60,966 nucleotides of DNA, filler included, from Platydemus manokwari (GCA_037951405.1; 6 parts of 6 records of this genome joined end to end with filler, not necessarily neighbours in it), one strand, 5' to 3'; shown: positions 14,201 through 25,535, numbered from the whole stretch's first letter. Translations and numbers: made by a program. Notes: a model not told the origin generated them from the sequence alone.

Positions 14201-16688
14201 TTAAATATTATATTCATTATTTATTCTTGTTATTTTATTTTATTATTTATAATTTGACACTCTCTTCCCCACTTTCTTGCCCCGCTTCGCTACACTACAT
14301 AAATTAATCAACATAATAAAGATTAATATAAAGTTATTAAAGATTTACAAATAACACAAACACCAGAATAATATAATCCAATCAATGTGGTAACTGCAAA
14401 TACCAAGTCAATTTAATGTTTCAATTATCAAGTCAATCTTGGATTCGAATTTGGTTGAGGATTAGGTGCGACCACAGAAGCTTTATTTTGCATATATATG
14501 TTGGGTGGGGATCCCAATATGTTAATATTGGTTTGAGGATTTTTGAGGGTTTGAATATTTGGATGTTAATATTGATTTGTGGATTTAGATATGTTTGATG
14601 ATGAGGGTTGCAAGTGGAGTGCATCCTCAACAATATTAACAGGTAGGTGGGTACTTCCAACACTATTTTTGGGCTTATGGAGCTTCTTCCTCTTGGCTTT
14701 TGAAATTTTGCATGTTTATCCTCTAATCTTAGCTTTTTCTCTATTCCTTCTTAATATCATTGGAGGGATGTGTGCCGATGGTATGTCACTATCAATATCT
14801 ACGTTTGGGGTATCATCTCATAAATCTTTATCTTTCGGTGTCTTTCTTGTCATGGCCTGGTTTATTAATACCGGGTTCGGTGACTGTATTGGAGTTTCTA
14901 ATTCTAATTTCAAAGAGCTTGGACTTGAATCTGAGTTTTGCACAATTGTTTCTTCTTCTCTTCCTTTTTTAGACATTCTTCTTCCTTTAACCATTCGTTA
15001 TATTCCTTGACCATTAACTCCATTAGTTTTGCTTCTTATTACATTCTGCCTGTTTCGTCTTTATCTTGCATCAATTATTTTTCCCTTGTAACATTACGGC
15101 ATTGCCCTATTTAATCTTTATTATATCTGCTTTGTTGTCTTTTTCCTTCGTCTTAATCTCCCCCGTTACAATTGTTGGGTTTTTTAATTAAGGTATATTA
15201 ATTATTTTCTATCTACGCTTTTTTACTAATTATTTTTATTACCATTAATTTGTTGATTTTTTAAGGTGTTGTCTGCTCAGAGTATGATTCCCAATGGAAA
15301 CAATCTATGGCAAGCCGTTTATCAACATCATAATAAAAGGAAAGAACGATTTTAAAACTATGATAATCAAAGAAATATATGTATATATGTAGAGGAAGAT
15401 AGAAATAGTATGAACACAACAACGATGGTGCCATATGATAGAAATAATAATCAACAATGACATTATGGTAGAAATATTTAATTATGCAAAAGACAGATAA
15501 TAATAATGAAGATATGCAATTTAAATACTTCAAAAGAACGGAGCATTTAATAACATCATATAAACTAAGAGGAGAACAATATGAAAGCCAAAATATATCA
15601 TAATTTAAAAATTAAATAGAAGAACAAGAAAGCATACACCAGGATGAATTGAGGAAAAGAATGTTAAAGAAGAATCTAAAATGCGAAGACTAATGCTTTA
15701 ACAAGAAGATAGAATAGTACAAATAGAAAGAGAAAGAAAAATATATTGAGTAAAAATGTTAGAAATTGAGCTAAGAGAATCAAAAGAATCATTATGGAAA
15801 TCTGAACAGGAATGTCAGAAAGAAATTTGAAAATAGATCACTCATAATTCAACAGGATAACAGAGAATAACAATATTTATTACAATCAAGAACCATTGAT
15901 GAATCAGTTTAAAGAAAAATAAGATAGAAATTATTTAATAACAAGTAGAGAAAACATATGCATTGGCAATGATAAGCTGTAAATGACAAAAAGACATGTC
16001 GAAGAAAATTTCTATGATCTTAACTAACTACAGTGATGAAATAGAAAATAAACTTGACCTAAAATCAGAAGAGACATAAAATTAAGAGAAAATTAAGAGA
16101 AAATACAAATGTTAGTAAAAGGTGGAAATTTTGAAAAAGCGAAGAATATAATTCAACAAGTGCAGGAGTACACAAAAGATACAATGCAAATAAATAACGA
16201 AGAATGGAAAGCCATAAAAGGGTGTTGAAGAATAATATAGAAAGTGCGAATTGCGAAACCGTTAATCCTGAATATATCGGTTATTGTACGGATATTAGAA
16301 ATGTGAGATAAATTTGACAAGAGAAAATTAAGAAAATAATGAGAAAAATAGCGGTATAGATAAAGGATAATTATGAGATAGCAAAAACAGAAATAGCAAC
16401 ATTACACAAAATAAATAATCGAAAGGAAGAATAATATCTAATGGATTTGTGAATTTCGTAGTTCGAACAAGACAATTATAAACGCAAAAGAAAGTAAATT
16501 GATTAAAAGGGACAAAATTATGAAATGGAAAACAAGAAAATATGTGTAGTTAGCATGGAACACGGATGAACTCAAAAAAGAAAATAATATAACTCGATAG
16601 TTTAAAATCACCATATTGGACCGGAAGGAAATTGGTGTGAATTATGTTGTTTCCGAAGGAAATCTTGCTTATAATTGACGATGATAGT

Positions 16689-16788
16689 AGTAAAAAATAA
16701 CTCGTTTGCATCAATATTTTATTCTAATTCAAAATTACACCGATTGTTTTCTTTTAATATTAAAACAAATCTTATTTTTCATCTAACT
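16689..16788 (-). repeat. 3' LTR (100 bp, AGT...ACT termini)
   Basis: Near-identical to 17678-17776 and preceded by a polypurine tract. Confidence 0.88.
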
Positions 16789-17677
16789 TCCATCTCCCGT
16801 TGTTTTTGAGATCCTTTTTAGCCATTCAATTCTTCGAGGCTTTGGCTGTCCCTGGAAATCAAGAAGAACTTGATGTGGACTTAAAAATTTCAAAATTTTA
16901 TGCGGACCTTCATAACGATCTCCGTTTTTCTTTATCTTATGTGGTTCTTTCTTTACTAAAACTTCTTCTCCAACTGTGAAAATTTTAATTCTTGTTTTAG
17001 CATCGAATTTCTTTAAGTTTGAGGCTACCGATCTTAGCTGATTTTCCGTTTCTTTGATGATCTGGCCGTGATAGCTTGGTTCATTTAGTCGTAATCCATG
17101 TATATTAATTCTTCGTCCAAACAATATTTCAAAAGGAGAACGTTGAATTGAACTTTGATATGTTGCATTGATGATGAATTATATCCGCGGTATTAATTTA
17201 TCCCAAGCCTGTTTCTCTGATGCCATCGTTGTTACCACCATGTCTCTGACCGTCCTGATCATCATTTCAGCTAAGCCATTTGCCTCATTTTGGCATGGGG
17301 AGGTAAATTCTTGTTTGTTGCATTGCTGCCAAATTCTGAACCTTGTCATAAACTGTTTTGGCATGTGAAAATGTTTCTAAAAACCATTTCTCAATTTCTT
17401 CATTAGAAACAGCCTCTTTGAAACTTCTGAATTCTCGCCACAGTTGTTTGGTGTCATCTCTCAAAAGCATGTCAAATGCAAATGACAGTTTCATTTGATT
17501 AAAGGTCGTGAAATCTTTGGTTGTTTGGAACCATTTCTCAACGTCTTGGATTGATGAATCGAAGAATGATGGTTTTGGAATTAAAAGTCCCTGAGTTTTT
17601 TGTGGCAGATTTGCAAAAACTTTCTGCCTCTCTTCTCGTTTAGCTCTAGTCAGAGCGTTAATTTCGGGGTGGTCACC

Positions 17678-17776
17678 AGTAAAAAGATAACTCGTTAGCA
17701 TCAATATTTTATTCTAATTCAAAATTACACTGTTTGTTTTTTTAATATTAAAACAAATCTTATTTTTCATCTAACT
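17678..17776 (-). repeat. 5' LTR (99 bp, AGT...ACT termini)
   Basis: Minus strand AGTTAGATG...AATAAA...TTTTTACT, followed directly by GGTGACC. Confidence 0.88.
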
Positions 17777-18854
17777 TGAGATGAGAGACAATTAATTACT
17801 TTGAATAGCTATATAAAATGATTTTAAATTTTACTTATTTTATGACTGTGGCATGGATTGTTTTCCACAAACATGATATTGATTATTAATTTTATATAAA
17901 ATAAACATGATTTTAGATTAGACTTTAGTCTGTCTCGTTTTTTCTTACTGTACCAACCGAGGTAATTGGTAAAGCGTCGTGATATATTCAGATATATCTG
18001 TGCCAAACTTAGAATATCAGGGGCATTGTTAAGAATGGGACGCTTGGATAAGTAAAACGAGCCACAATATTTTTCAATACCAAAAAACGTTATCAATTTA
18101 CCCAACTTAGATTGATCTAAGCGAGAATCAAGTTATGTTTAGACTTACCAGAAGAATCAAAAGTCAAGCGATAACCAAGACTGATCGAGGATTAATAAGA
18201 TGCGTGTGTGTGCATTTATACATGTACATATTCTATTTCCCGAGCACAGCTCTTCCTTGAAAACGGATTTATTCTTCCATTGGGCTTATTAACCAAAACT
18301 TCACAGAAATCAATTCTCTCCCGTTTTTGTGTGCATCAATATAATTTAAAAAAACTTTGTAATTCTATTTTTATTGTTAGTAATTATTGTATAATAACAA
18401 TAACCATTGTTCTAATAAGAATTTTTTCAATATTGAAGTAGCAGGTGCCTTAAAAATTAATTTATATTTTCGACAAACTGTCACCATCATTGTTATTGTA
18501 TCACCTTTTTGGAAGTTCAAGTGTAGCTTTGAGATTGTAGATCATTAAACACAATCATCGTAATTAAACTGTAGAAGGTACTGATAGATTTACAAATAAG
18601 ATTGTATTCAAGGATGTTAATCGATATATAGTTTGATGGTGTTTTCTTGTCTTCTTACCACTGAGTGAATAATTGAGACAATGAAGCATAAGTCATTAGA
18701 TTGAATTACTATCACACAGTCATTAGAACCCAAAATACTAATATATTAGATAATGTGAAAGCAGCCTTTCATAATAAAGTAGGTTAATTAAATCAAATAA
18801 AGCCACTAGACCTCAAAAGTGTTATATATAATGGTAACAATTAAATGGGTACTG

Positions 18855-19470
18855 TATTAAAACAAAATTAAATAATATTGCTTATTTGAGTAGGCAATAA
18901 ATATTCAGCATAAAATCTATTTAGAAAAAATGTTAAAGTGCGTAAGCGCTTTGCACCTTAAAACAACGTAAAATAAAATAATTCCAACATACTTCATATC
19001 AAATGAATTTAAACAAAAATTTGTAAAATTTTATGTAATATTTATCAACTTTTTATGCCAATTGATAACATGTAATTCATCATAGTCCCAGATCAATTTG
19101 TAATCCAATAGGAATTGGATTTTTAAGTTAAATTGCTTTAAATTTTTGTACCCCGACAAGATTTGTTCTGACGGCAATAATGCGTCGAAAGTTATTGCTT
19201 GTCAGCGGTTTAAAATCCATTCGGGATTTGGTTGGTTTTTCTAGCTACAATATAGTAATCCTGTGTTTTGAATTTTAGAATTTGTCGCTGAATTGGTATA
19301 AAATGGACAGCTTTTTTCTGGATTTCTTTTAGTTCTATCGGCCTATGATCCGAGACAGGGTAGACCGAAATAGGAAACTATTAGCTTCACTAAACCACCA
19401 TCAAAACCACCGCTGCCACCGGTCCTGGATGTTCCAAAATATATGTTGGAATCCTGACCCAACAAGTTAC
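18855..19470 (-). pseudogene. Decayed multi-exon gene, paralog of 58415-59090
   Basis: Colinear similarity over ~550 nt, a shared GTATGT...AG intron, and a shared peptide (YFGL..CLGS..D.TKRN...PF). In-frame stops. Confidence 0.55.
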
Positions 19471-19749
19471 TTACAACAATTAATTCACATTGGAAAAAAT
19501 ATGTGTATACATTTGCATGACAATACGTATGAAATATTCATTACTTTTTATTGTATCATTTTTTATTTAACAAGCATGTATTTTTTCCGATTTTACAACT
19601 CTTGGAATTTTTGAGCAAAAACCAGTTTGAAATATTGATATTTATAATAATTATTATTTATTTATACGTAAAATAATAATACCTATAAAATCACCAATAG
19701 GAAATCCGTCGAAATTCCCTAAAATAAAAAATTAAATAAAATATCAATA

Positions 19750-19970
19750 CGCAATGAGATATCGCCCATTAAAAACGACAAATAAATTTTCATCTATTTT
19801 CGCGCATGAAAATTCTATTACAGAATAAAATAATCACTCGATTTAATTTAATCGAGAGATATTTTCTCTGCCCAATAAATATATTCACAGAAAATTTCTC
19901 TCACCAGTGAATACATTCACTGGCATTAGTTTTAATCGCAGAAAAATATCTGCGAGTGATTCACACTGCC
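19750..19970. mobile_element. Putative MITE with internal palindromic subrepeats
   Basis: Degenerate TIRs (CGCAATGAGA / TCACACTGCC) flanked by TA on both sides. Internal palindromes at 19837-19856, 19855-19869, 19904-19923 and 19936-19955. Confidence 0.45.
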
Positions 19971-20753
19971 TAGATAAGGTAGTAATCACAATCAATACGG
20001 ACCCAAGTGTAATTGCCCCACGATTTCATATTTTCTAAGACAACGTTATGCGCTACATCAATTGGAGAATATACATCATTTAAATTTCAATTAGACGCAC
20101 TGTGAAAAATTGAAGATTTTGAAGGCATGTACATAGTTACATCAACAAACATGTTAATAGAATGACAAATTTAACTTTCCCAGTCACCTAAATCGAATAT
20201 CGCAATCCCTATTTTTCTTAGAAAATATTTAAAATTAATCACTTATAAGAAATTCCTCGTAAAAATCGATATTACAACTGTTGTTTTTAATGATTTCTGT
20301 GGACAACTTATTATTTGCTATACATGAAAACGTCTTCCTCGATTGGAAAATATGTGAAGGCATTATTCACTTTATAAAATTCAACAAATCAAAGATATCA
20401 ATATTTCACAAGGGAACACTATAAAATACAGATATCATTAACATTAATCAAAAAGTTATGTAAATTACCCAAATAATCATTTTCGACAATTCATAAACTA
20501 TTTATTAATAAAAACATTTAACCTTACAACCAATCAAAACCATTTAAAATAAAATTCCTAATAGACTAAAAATAATTTACAACTCAAGCTACAAATACAA
20601 ATTAAATATTAAAATGTATACACAAAATATTTCTAAACTAATTTATTTGAGTATTATACGAATGCTACCAAGTAGTGAAGAAAATAAAACACATCTCACT
20701 ATTTACATATAAATATCTCCTTAATAATTGCACATTCCAAATGGTTTTTGTTA

Positions 20754-22495
20754 TTACATGATATTGCATGTCTGAAAAATTTGATAAAATTAGCTTTTTG
20801 ATAAAATATTCAAGTACCTCCTTATCCGCATGTTTAACATTGGCTTTCAAAATCTTTCTCTTTTCATAGCATTTTCGAAGCTCGAAGGAAGCCTCTACCT
20901 GTTGGAAAATCATAATATTCTAATTAAAAAAATGAAATCACTTGATCCATGTCATTGGTTATCGTGCAGCTAATGTTGTTCGAGATAGGTAACGATATGT
21001 TCATTACGATATTCTCATCATCCTCTTTCACTTTTTCGCCGAGTTTCCATAATTTCAAAATAGCTCCAGATTTAATAATTCTATTAGGGAAACAGTAGAC
21101 ACCAGTTTCCTCGTCAGCAGTGATTGCAACTTTCCATTCATTAACATTTAGCTCATTCTGTGAATCATTCATTATTTGAATATGACTACCATTGTAATTA
21201 TCATCACAAAATATTTTCACTTTGTTATTGGTTACAGCAGTGATGTCGTAACAATCATCATTTGCAATTTTTCGACGCTTTTTAGGAGATGAAACATCTC
21301 CAATATTACAACGACTCTGTTCACCTTCAAGCAAAGTTCTAAACATATACAATTCTTTTTCCATCCCAATCTTCTCATTGATTACATTCGTCAATTCAAT
21401 TATCTTTGATTCCAAATCTCTTTTAAGATTATTATTTTCCTCTGTTATGTCTTTGACGTATTCTTCGTGATCTTTATTTGATTTATTTAATAAATCATTG
21501 CAACTAGAAATACGTTTATTCAAATAATCAATTTTACTATCCTTTTCGTATATCAAGTTATTTGACTCTTCTAGATTTCTTTTTAGTGAATTCAACTCAT
21601 TGTAAAGGGAGTTACATTTTGTTGATGATTTTTCACTCAGAGCACGTAGGTTTTCAAATTTGTCGTTGTACATTTTTTCTAAATTAACTTTATATTCTTC
21701 AAATTCTTCGGTTAATTCCGTTCTTATTGCATCAATTTCTTCTGCATGAATCTCATTTTTACCAATAACATCTTGTTGGACATTCGTTTTATTATCGAAA
21801 TTTGTTATAACGTTGGAATTAACTTTTTTATAAAAATCAACTTCGTCTTTCAGAGTTATAAATCGACTTTCTAATTCCGCATGTTTGTACAGTACGCTTT
21901 TCAATTCCCTCAAATTATTACCATTCTCATTAACAAGTTCGTTATATTCTTGTTTCAAACGATCATATTTATCAATTTTCTTTCGGTAATTATTAAGACT
22001 TTCTTCTAATTCGCAATATTCTTTTTTAATAACAATTAAAGCATTGGATTCATGCTTCAATTTAGTGCTTAATTTATCTTTTTCTTCAATTAAAGCCATA
22101 TTTTCAAGTGTTAATGTTGCCTTTGCTGTAGTAACTTCGTCTAATGCTAGTCTAAGCGAATCAATTTCATTACCATATGTAGATTTCACAGAATTAATCT
22201 CCTGATCAAATGAGTCGACTATGCTTTGCTTTTCACTTTTTAATTTTTCATTTAAAGCTTCCACTGATCGAACATAATCGATATAACCAGTAAATTTATT
22301 GTTCAATTCATATTCATCATCTTTATCTGAAAACTTCAAATTACCAGAAGAATTTAAAACCGTTTTTGGATTTCCACTACTTTTCCTTAATTTGGTATTT
22401 CTAATATAATCATTAGTACAAAATTATAGCCTAATAAATACCAAAAACCTCTTTAAAATAACATTTTCTTTGTCTTCTAATAAATTAGATTTCAT
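20754..22495 (-). CDS. B-type nuclear lamin, 534 aa; exons 22495-22449, 22400-20942, 20898-20818, 20771-20754
   Basis: Intermediate-filament rod start ELNNKFTGYIDYVRSVE and end ELYMFRTLLEGEQSR, NLS SPKKRRK, and a lamin-tail Ig-like domain. Three GT-AG introns (48, 43, 46 nt) keep frame and give the C-terminal CaaX motif CNIM*. The first exon is less certain. Confidence 0.92.
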
Positions 22496-22826
22496 GATAG
22501 AACTCGCAAAAAATAATTTAAAAATTCAACTAGTTAAACAACAGATAAAATAAATCGATTTTTGTGGTTTCAAAATTAAATAATTTATGAATAAAGTAAA
22601 AAAAGTTGATTTTAATTAAAAAAATTTTAGTTGCATTTTATTGACACCGATTTAGCCATTAACATTTTGCTTAAAAAATTACTAGAAGAATTATGAATTT
22701 AAAATTTCAGCAAAATAAAAATGAAGTTTTCTAAATAAAATTTTGAACATATAGGGTTTTTTAAGTTTTAAAATAAATTTTGCACAATTTAAGATAATTA
22801 TTTACATGAATAAGAGAATTGTTTAA

Positions 22827-22926
22827 NNNNNNNNNNNNNNNNNNNNNNNNNNNNNNNNNNNNNNNNNNNNTTAATTAATTAANNNNNNNNNNNNNNNNNN
22901 NNNNNNNNNNNNNNNNNNNNNNNNNN
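22827..22926. other. Artificial contig spacer
   Basis: Same 44N-TTAATTAATTAA-44N construct. Confidence 0.98.
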
Positions 22927-23456
22927 TAATGAAATATTTAATTACTTGAAAAACGTTGTTAATATGTCAAGCTTAAAATATTTTAAATTCAGAAGTAATT
23001 TAATTATTTAATAGGCATATTTATTATGATTTGATTCAAGAATTTTAACTGTAAGGAAAAAATCAAATGAAATAAATTTCATAAAAATTACTGAGTTGAT
23101 ATAATAAAATATTTAAAAGAATTTAATTTTTTTTAAATAAAAGATAAATAATAAAAGAAATTACATTAAAATGAAATAAATATAGATTATAATGATAAGT
23201 GCAATTGTTATAATAAATCAAAATTACTTGCTCAGTTTTATTCGATATTATAAAAATAAGCTAAAACATAACTTAGAATTTCAAACTTATAATTTAAATC
23301 ATGAACAATAGAATGAAGAGAGACTTTGATCACAAACGATCAGCATCAATATCTAATTTTAGAATCATAATAATATTCCAAAGTATTTATTGGGAAAGAC
23401 ATAGATATTATATATAATCAAATAAGATTTTTATCACGATCATTTTTTTTTACCAT

Positions 23457-25535
23457 TCAATTCAATTTACGTTCTCTGCTGCGCATAATCAAAACTATCA
23501 AACCAGCTATTCGGAAGCACACCATCAATATTATTAACATTACAACATCGAAAATCACTTTCGAACTTTTAAAATTATAATAATCAATAACATCCTGACC
23601 AGTTTTGTAACATGATTTCTGAAATTCACATTTAATGTCTTTGACATTATGCCATTGGTTGACAACCAAAATTTCATAACCATAACGATGCCATGACAAA
23701 TATTTCAACCAATCCATGTATGGTGGAATGGAAATGTCGTTAATTAAATATCCTCCAAGATACATCATAACGATTCTTATTAATGGAGCGATATTGAGAA
23801 TAATATCAAGCCGTTTGAAAATGATACCAACAAACAATACACTCAAGCTATAGGAATATTGATATTCGATCAAAATAATAAAGGTAAATACGAAGAACTC
23901 CGTTACTCCTGGATACAGACCGACACACCAGTAGATAATTATTATTAAAGTTAAAGTTGTAGACAGGAAAATTGGAATTTCGGATATGTTTTGAGAAATA
24001 AAAAACGAACCTGATCTCACCATTCCATTTTGATGTTCACGAAAGAAAAATTTGAGTCCGGTAACAAAAGAATTTAGTTGAACGACTGCCAGAAATGTCA
24101 CATTTGTAATGACATTGTACATGACCCCACTGATATTATTAACTCCTATTTGATCGTAATTCTGTTGAAAATAGAACACCGATAGCACAAAGACTAATAG
24201 AAAATTCTGAAAATATCTTGCCAGAAACAACTTGGGATCTCTAATCTGATCCAATAACTGTTTCCATGTTTGAATCTTTATTTCGTCCCAGTATGAAGCT
24301 TTAAATGGAGAAATATTTTTCAGTATATTCGGTATATCTTGTGTTTCTTTCTCCTTGAATTCGTTGTTTATATCCAAGATTTCCTTCTTTAAAAATCCGT
24401 ACTCCAATGTGTCTTTGAATTTACGAGCCATGTAAATAACTTTGGCTCGACAATCGGTTTCGTGATCGGGCTTAATTGCCATAGTATGTATATAGTGGTC
24501 AGCGGGATTATAATTTTCGGCACACGGAAATCCGATGTCGCAGAAAAAATCAAGTGCGTGATCTCGACTGCCCTGAAATACCAAACGTCCTTCAGCACAT
24601 AAATATATTTCGTTAAACATTTCAAAAATATGTGAGGATGGCTGATGGATTGTACAAAGAATACATTTTCCTTTTTTTGCAAGAGTCTCCAAAATTTTAA
24701 TAACTTTGAAAGCCATTTTGGAATCCAATCCTGTTGTGGGTTCATCTAAAAATAAAATTGGAGGGTCAACTAATAGTTCACAAGCTATTGATAACAGCTT
24801 TTTTTCACTTCCTGCCAAACCCTGAACTTTATGTGAAGATGAATTAATGAAGTCATCAGAGACTAAAGTCAATCCCATTTCAGATATTAATTGATCGACT
24901 CGGCTCATTTGTTCGGCTTTGGTAAATTTTCTTCCCATTCTCAAAACTGCGTTATACATCAAATGTTCTCTTACTTTTAATCGACCCCAGAATACATCGA
25001 GTTGTTGAACATATGCAGAAATACTTTTGATATTTGAATGCATGACGTAGCCATTTACTTTCACTTCTCCATCCACTCTTAAATTCCCCAAATTTCTACA
25101 CGTAATGATGTTTAATAATGTCGACTTTCCAGCTCCACTTGCACCCATTATTGCTGTCAAATTACCACTTCGAACTACTCCACACATGTCAAATAGAAGT
25201 TGCTTATATAATCCTGTTTCTTTCACAGTTCCACAGAAACCTTTACCTAGTTCCGGAGCATAGCAGTTAATTTCGGCCCAACTCACTGTTACTTTTTTTA
25301 AATCTCCATATTCGGTTCTATTTCTTAAATAATTATGATCGTTGGCTGAAGAGTATCTATCAGATACGCTTTCTATATAGTTTCTATTATCGTATTTTGT
25401 TTCTCGACCCACTTGATATGTTCCATAATCAGTACTGTAATGTATTGATGAAGACGAATAATCGCTAGCTTCTTTCAAGTTTTGTGTTTCACTATCAAGT
25501 AGTGGTATTGATTCAACATTAGAATTGGATTTCAT
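23457..25535 (-). CDS. ABCG half-transporter, White/Scarlet-like, intronless, 692 aa
   Basis: N-terminal NBD: Walker A GASGAGKST, Q-loop SAYVQQ, Walker B/D-loop LFLDEPTTGLDS, H-switch CTIHQPS, CAENYNPAD. C-terminal ABC-2 transmembrane domain. Intact ATG-to-stop ORF. Confidence 0.96.
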   Translation of the reverse strand: MKSNSNVESIPLLDSETQNLKEASDYSSSSIHYSTDYGTYQVGRETKYDNRNYIESVSDRYSSANDHNYLRNRTEYGDLKKVTVSWAEINCYAPELGKGFCGTVKETGLYKQLLFDMCGVVRSGNLTAIMGASGAGKSTLLNIITCRNLGNLRVDGEVKVNGYVMHSNIKSISAYVQQLDVFWGRLKVREHLMYNAVLRMGRKFTKAEQMSRVDQLISEMGLTLVSDDFINSSSHKVQGLAGSEKKLLSIACELLVDPPILFLDEPTTGLDSKMAFKVIKILETLAKKGKCILCTIHQPSSHIFEMFNEIYLCAEGRLVFQGSRDHALDFFCDIGFPCAENYNPADHYIHTMAIKPDHETDCRAKVIYMARKFKDTLEYGFLKKEILDINNEFKEKETQDIPNILKNISPFKASYWDEIKIQTWKQLLDQIRDPKLFLARYFQNFLLVFVLSVFYFQQNYDQIGVNNISGVMYNVITNVTFLAVVQLNSFVTGLKFFFREHQNGMVRSGSFFISQNISEIPIFLSTTLTLIIIIYWCVGLYPGVTEFFVFTFIILIEYQYSYSLSVLFVGIIFKRLDIILNIAPLIRIVMMYLGGYLINDISIPPYMDWLKYLSWHRYGYEILVVNQWHNVKDIKCEFQKSCYKTGQDVIDYYNFKSSKVIFDVVMLIILMVCFRIAGLIVLIMRSRERKLN

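Larger units (their letters stand above)
16689..17776 (-). mobile_element. Internally deleted non-autonomous Ty3/Gypsy LTR retrotransposon (1088 bp)
   Basis: Direct repeats at 17678-17776 and 16689-16788 (3 substitutions, 2 indels). PBS-like TGGTGACC follows the 5' LTR; PPT GGGAGATGGA precedes the 3' LTR. A gag N-terminus is joined at ~17315 to an integrase C-terminal half (TSP...ANGLAE.MIRT, SPFEILFGR, GPY/F-like RYEGPHKI). Confidence 0.9.

Noticed and set aside
24389-24745. 118-aa ORF inside the ABCG gene, and similar shadow ORFs over the septin and Gypsy regions
   Set aside because: Alternative-frame or antisense by-products of real coding sequence.
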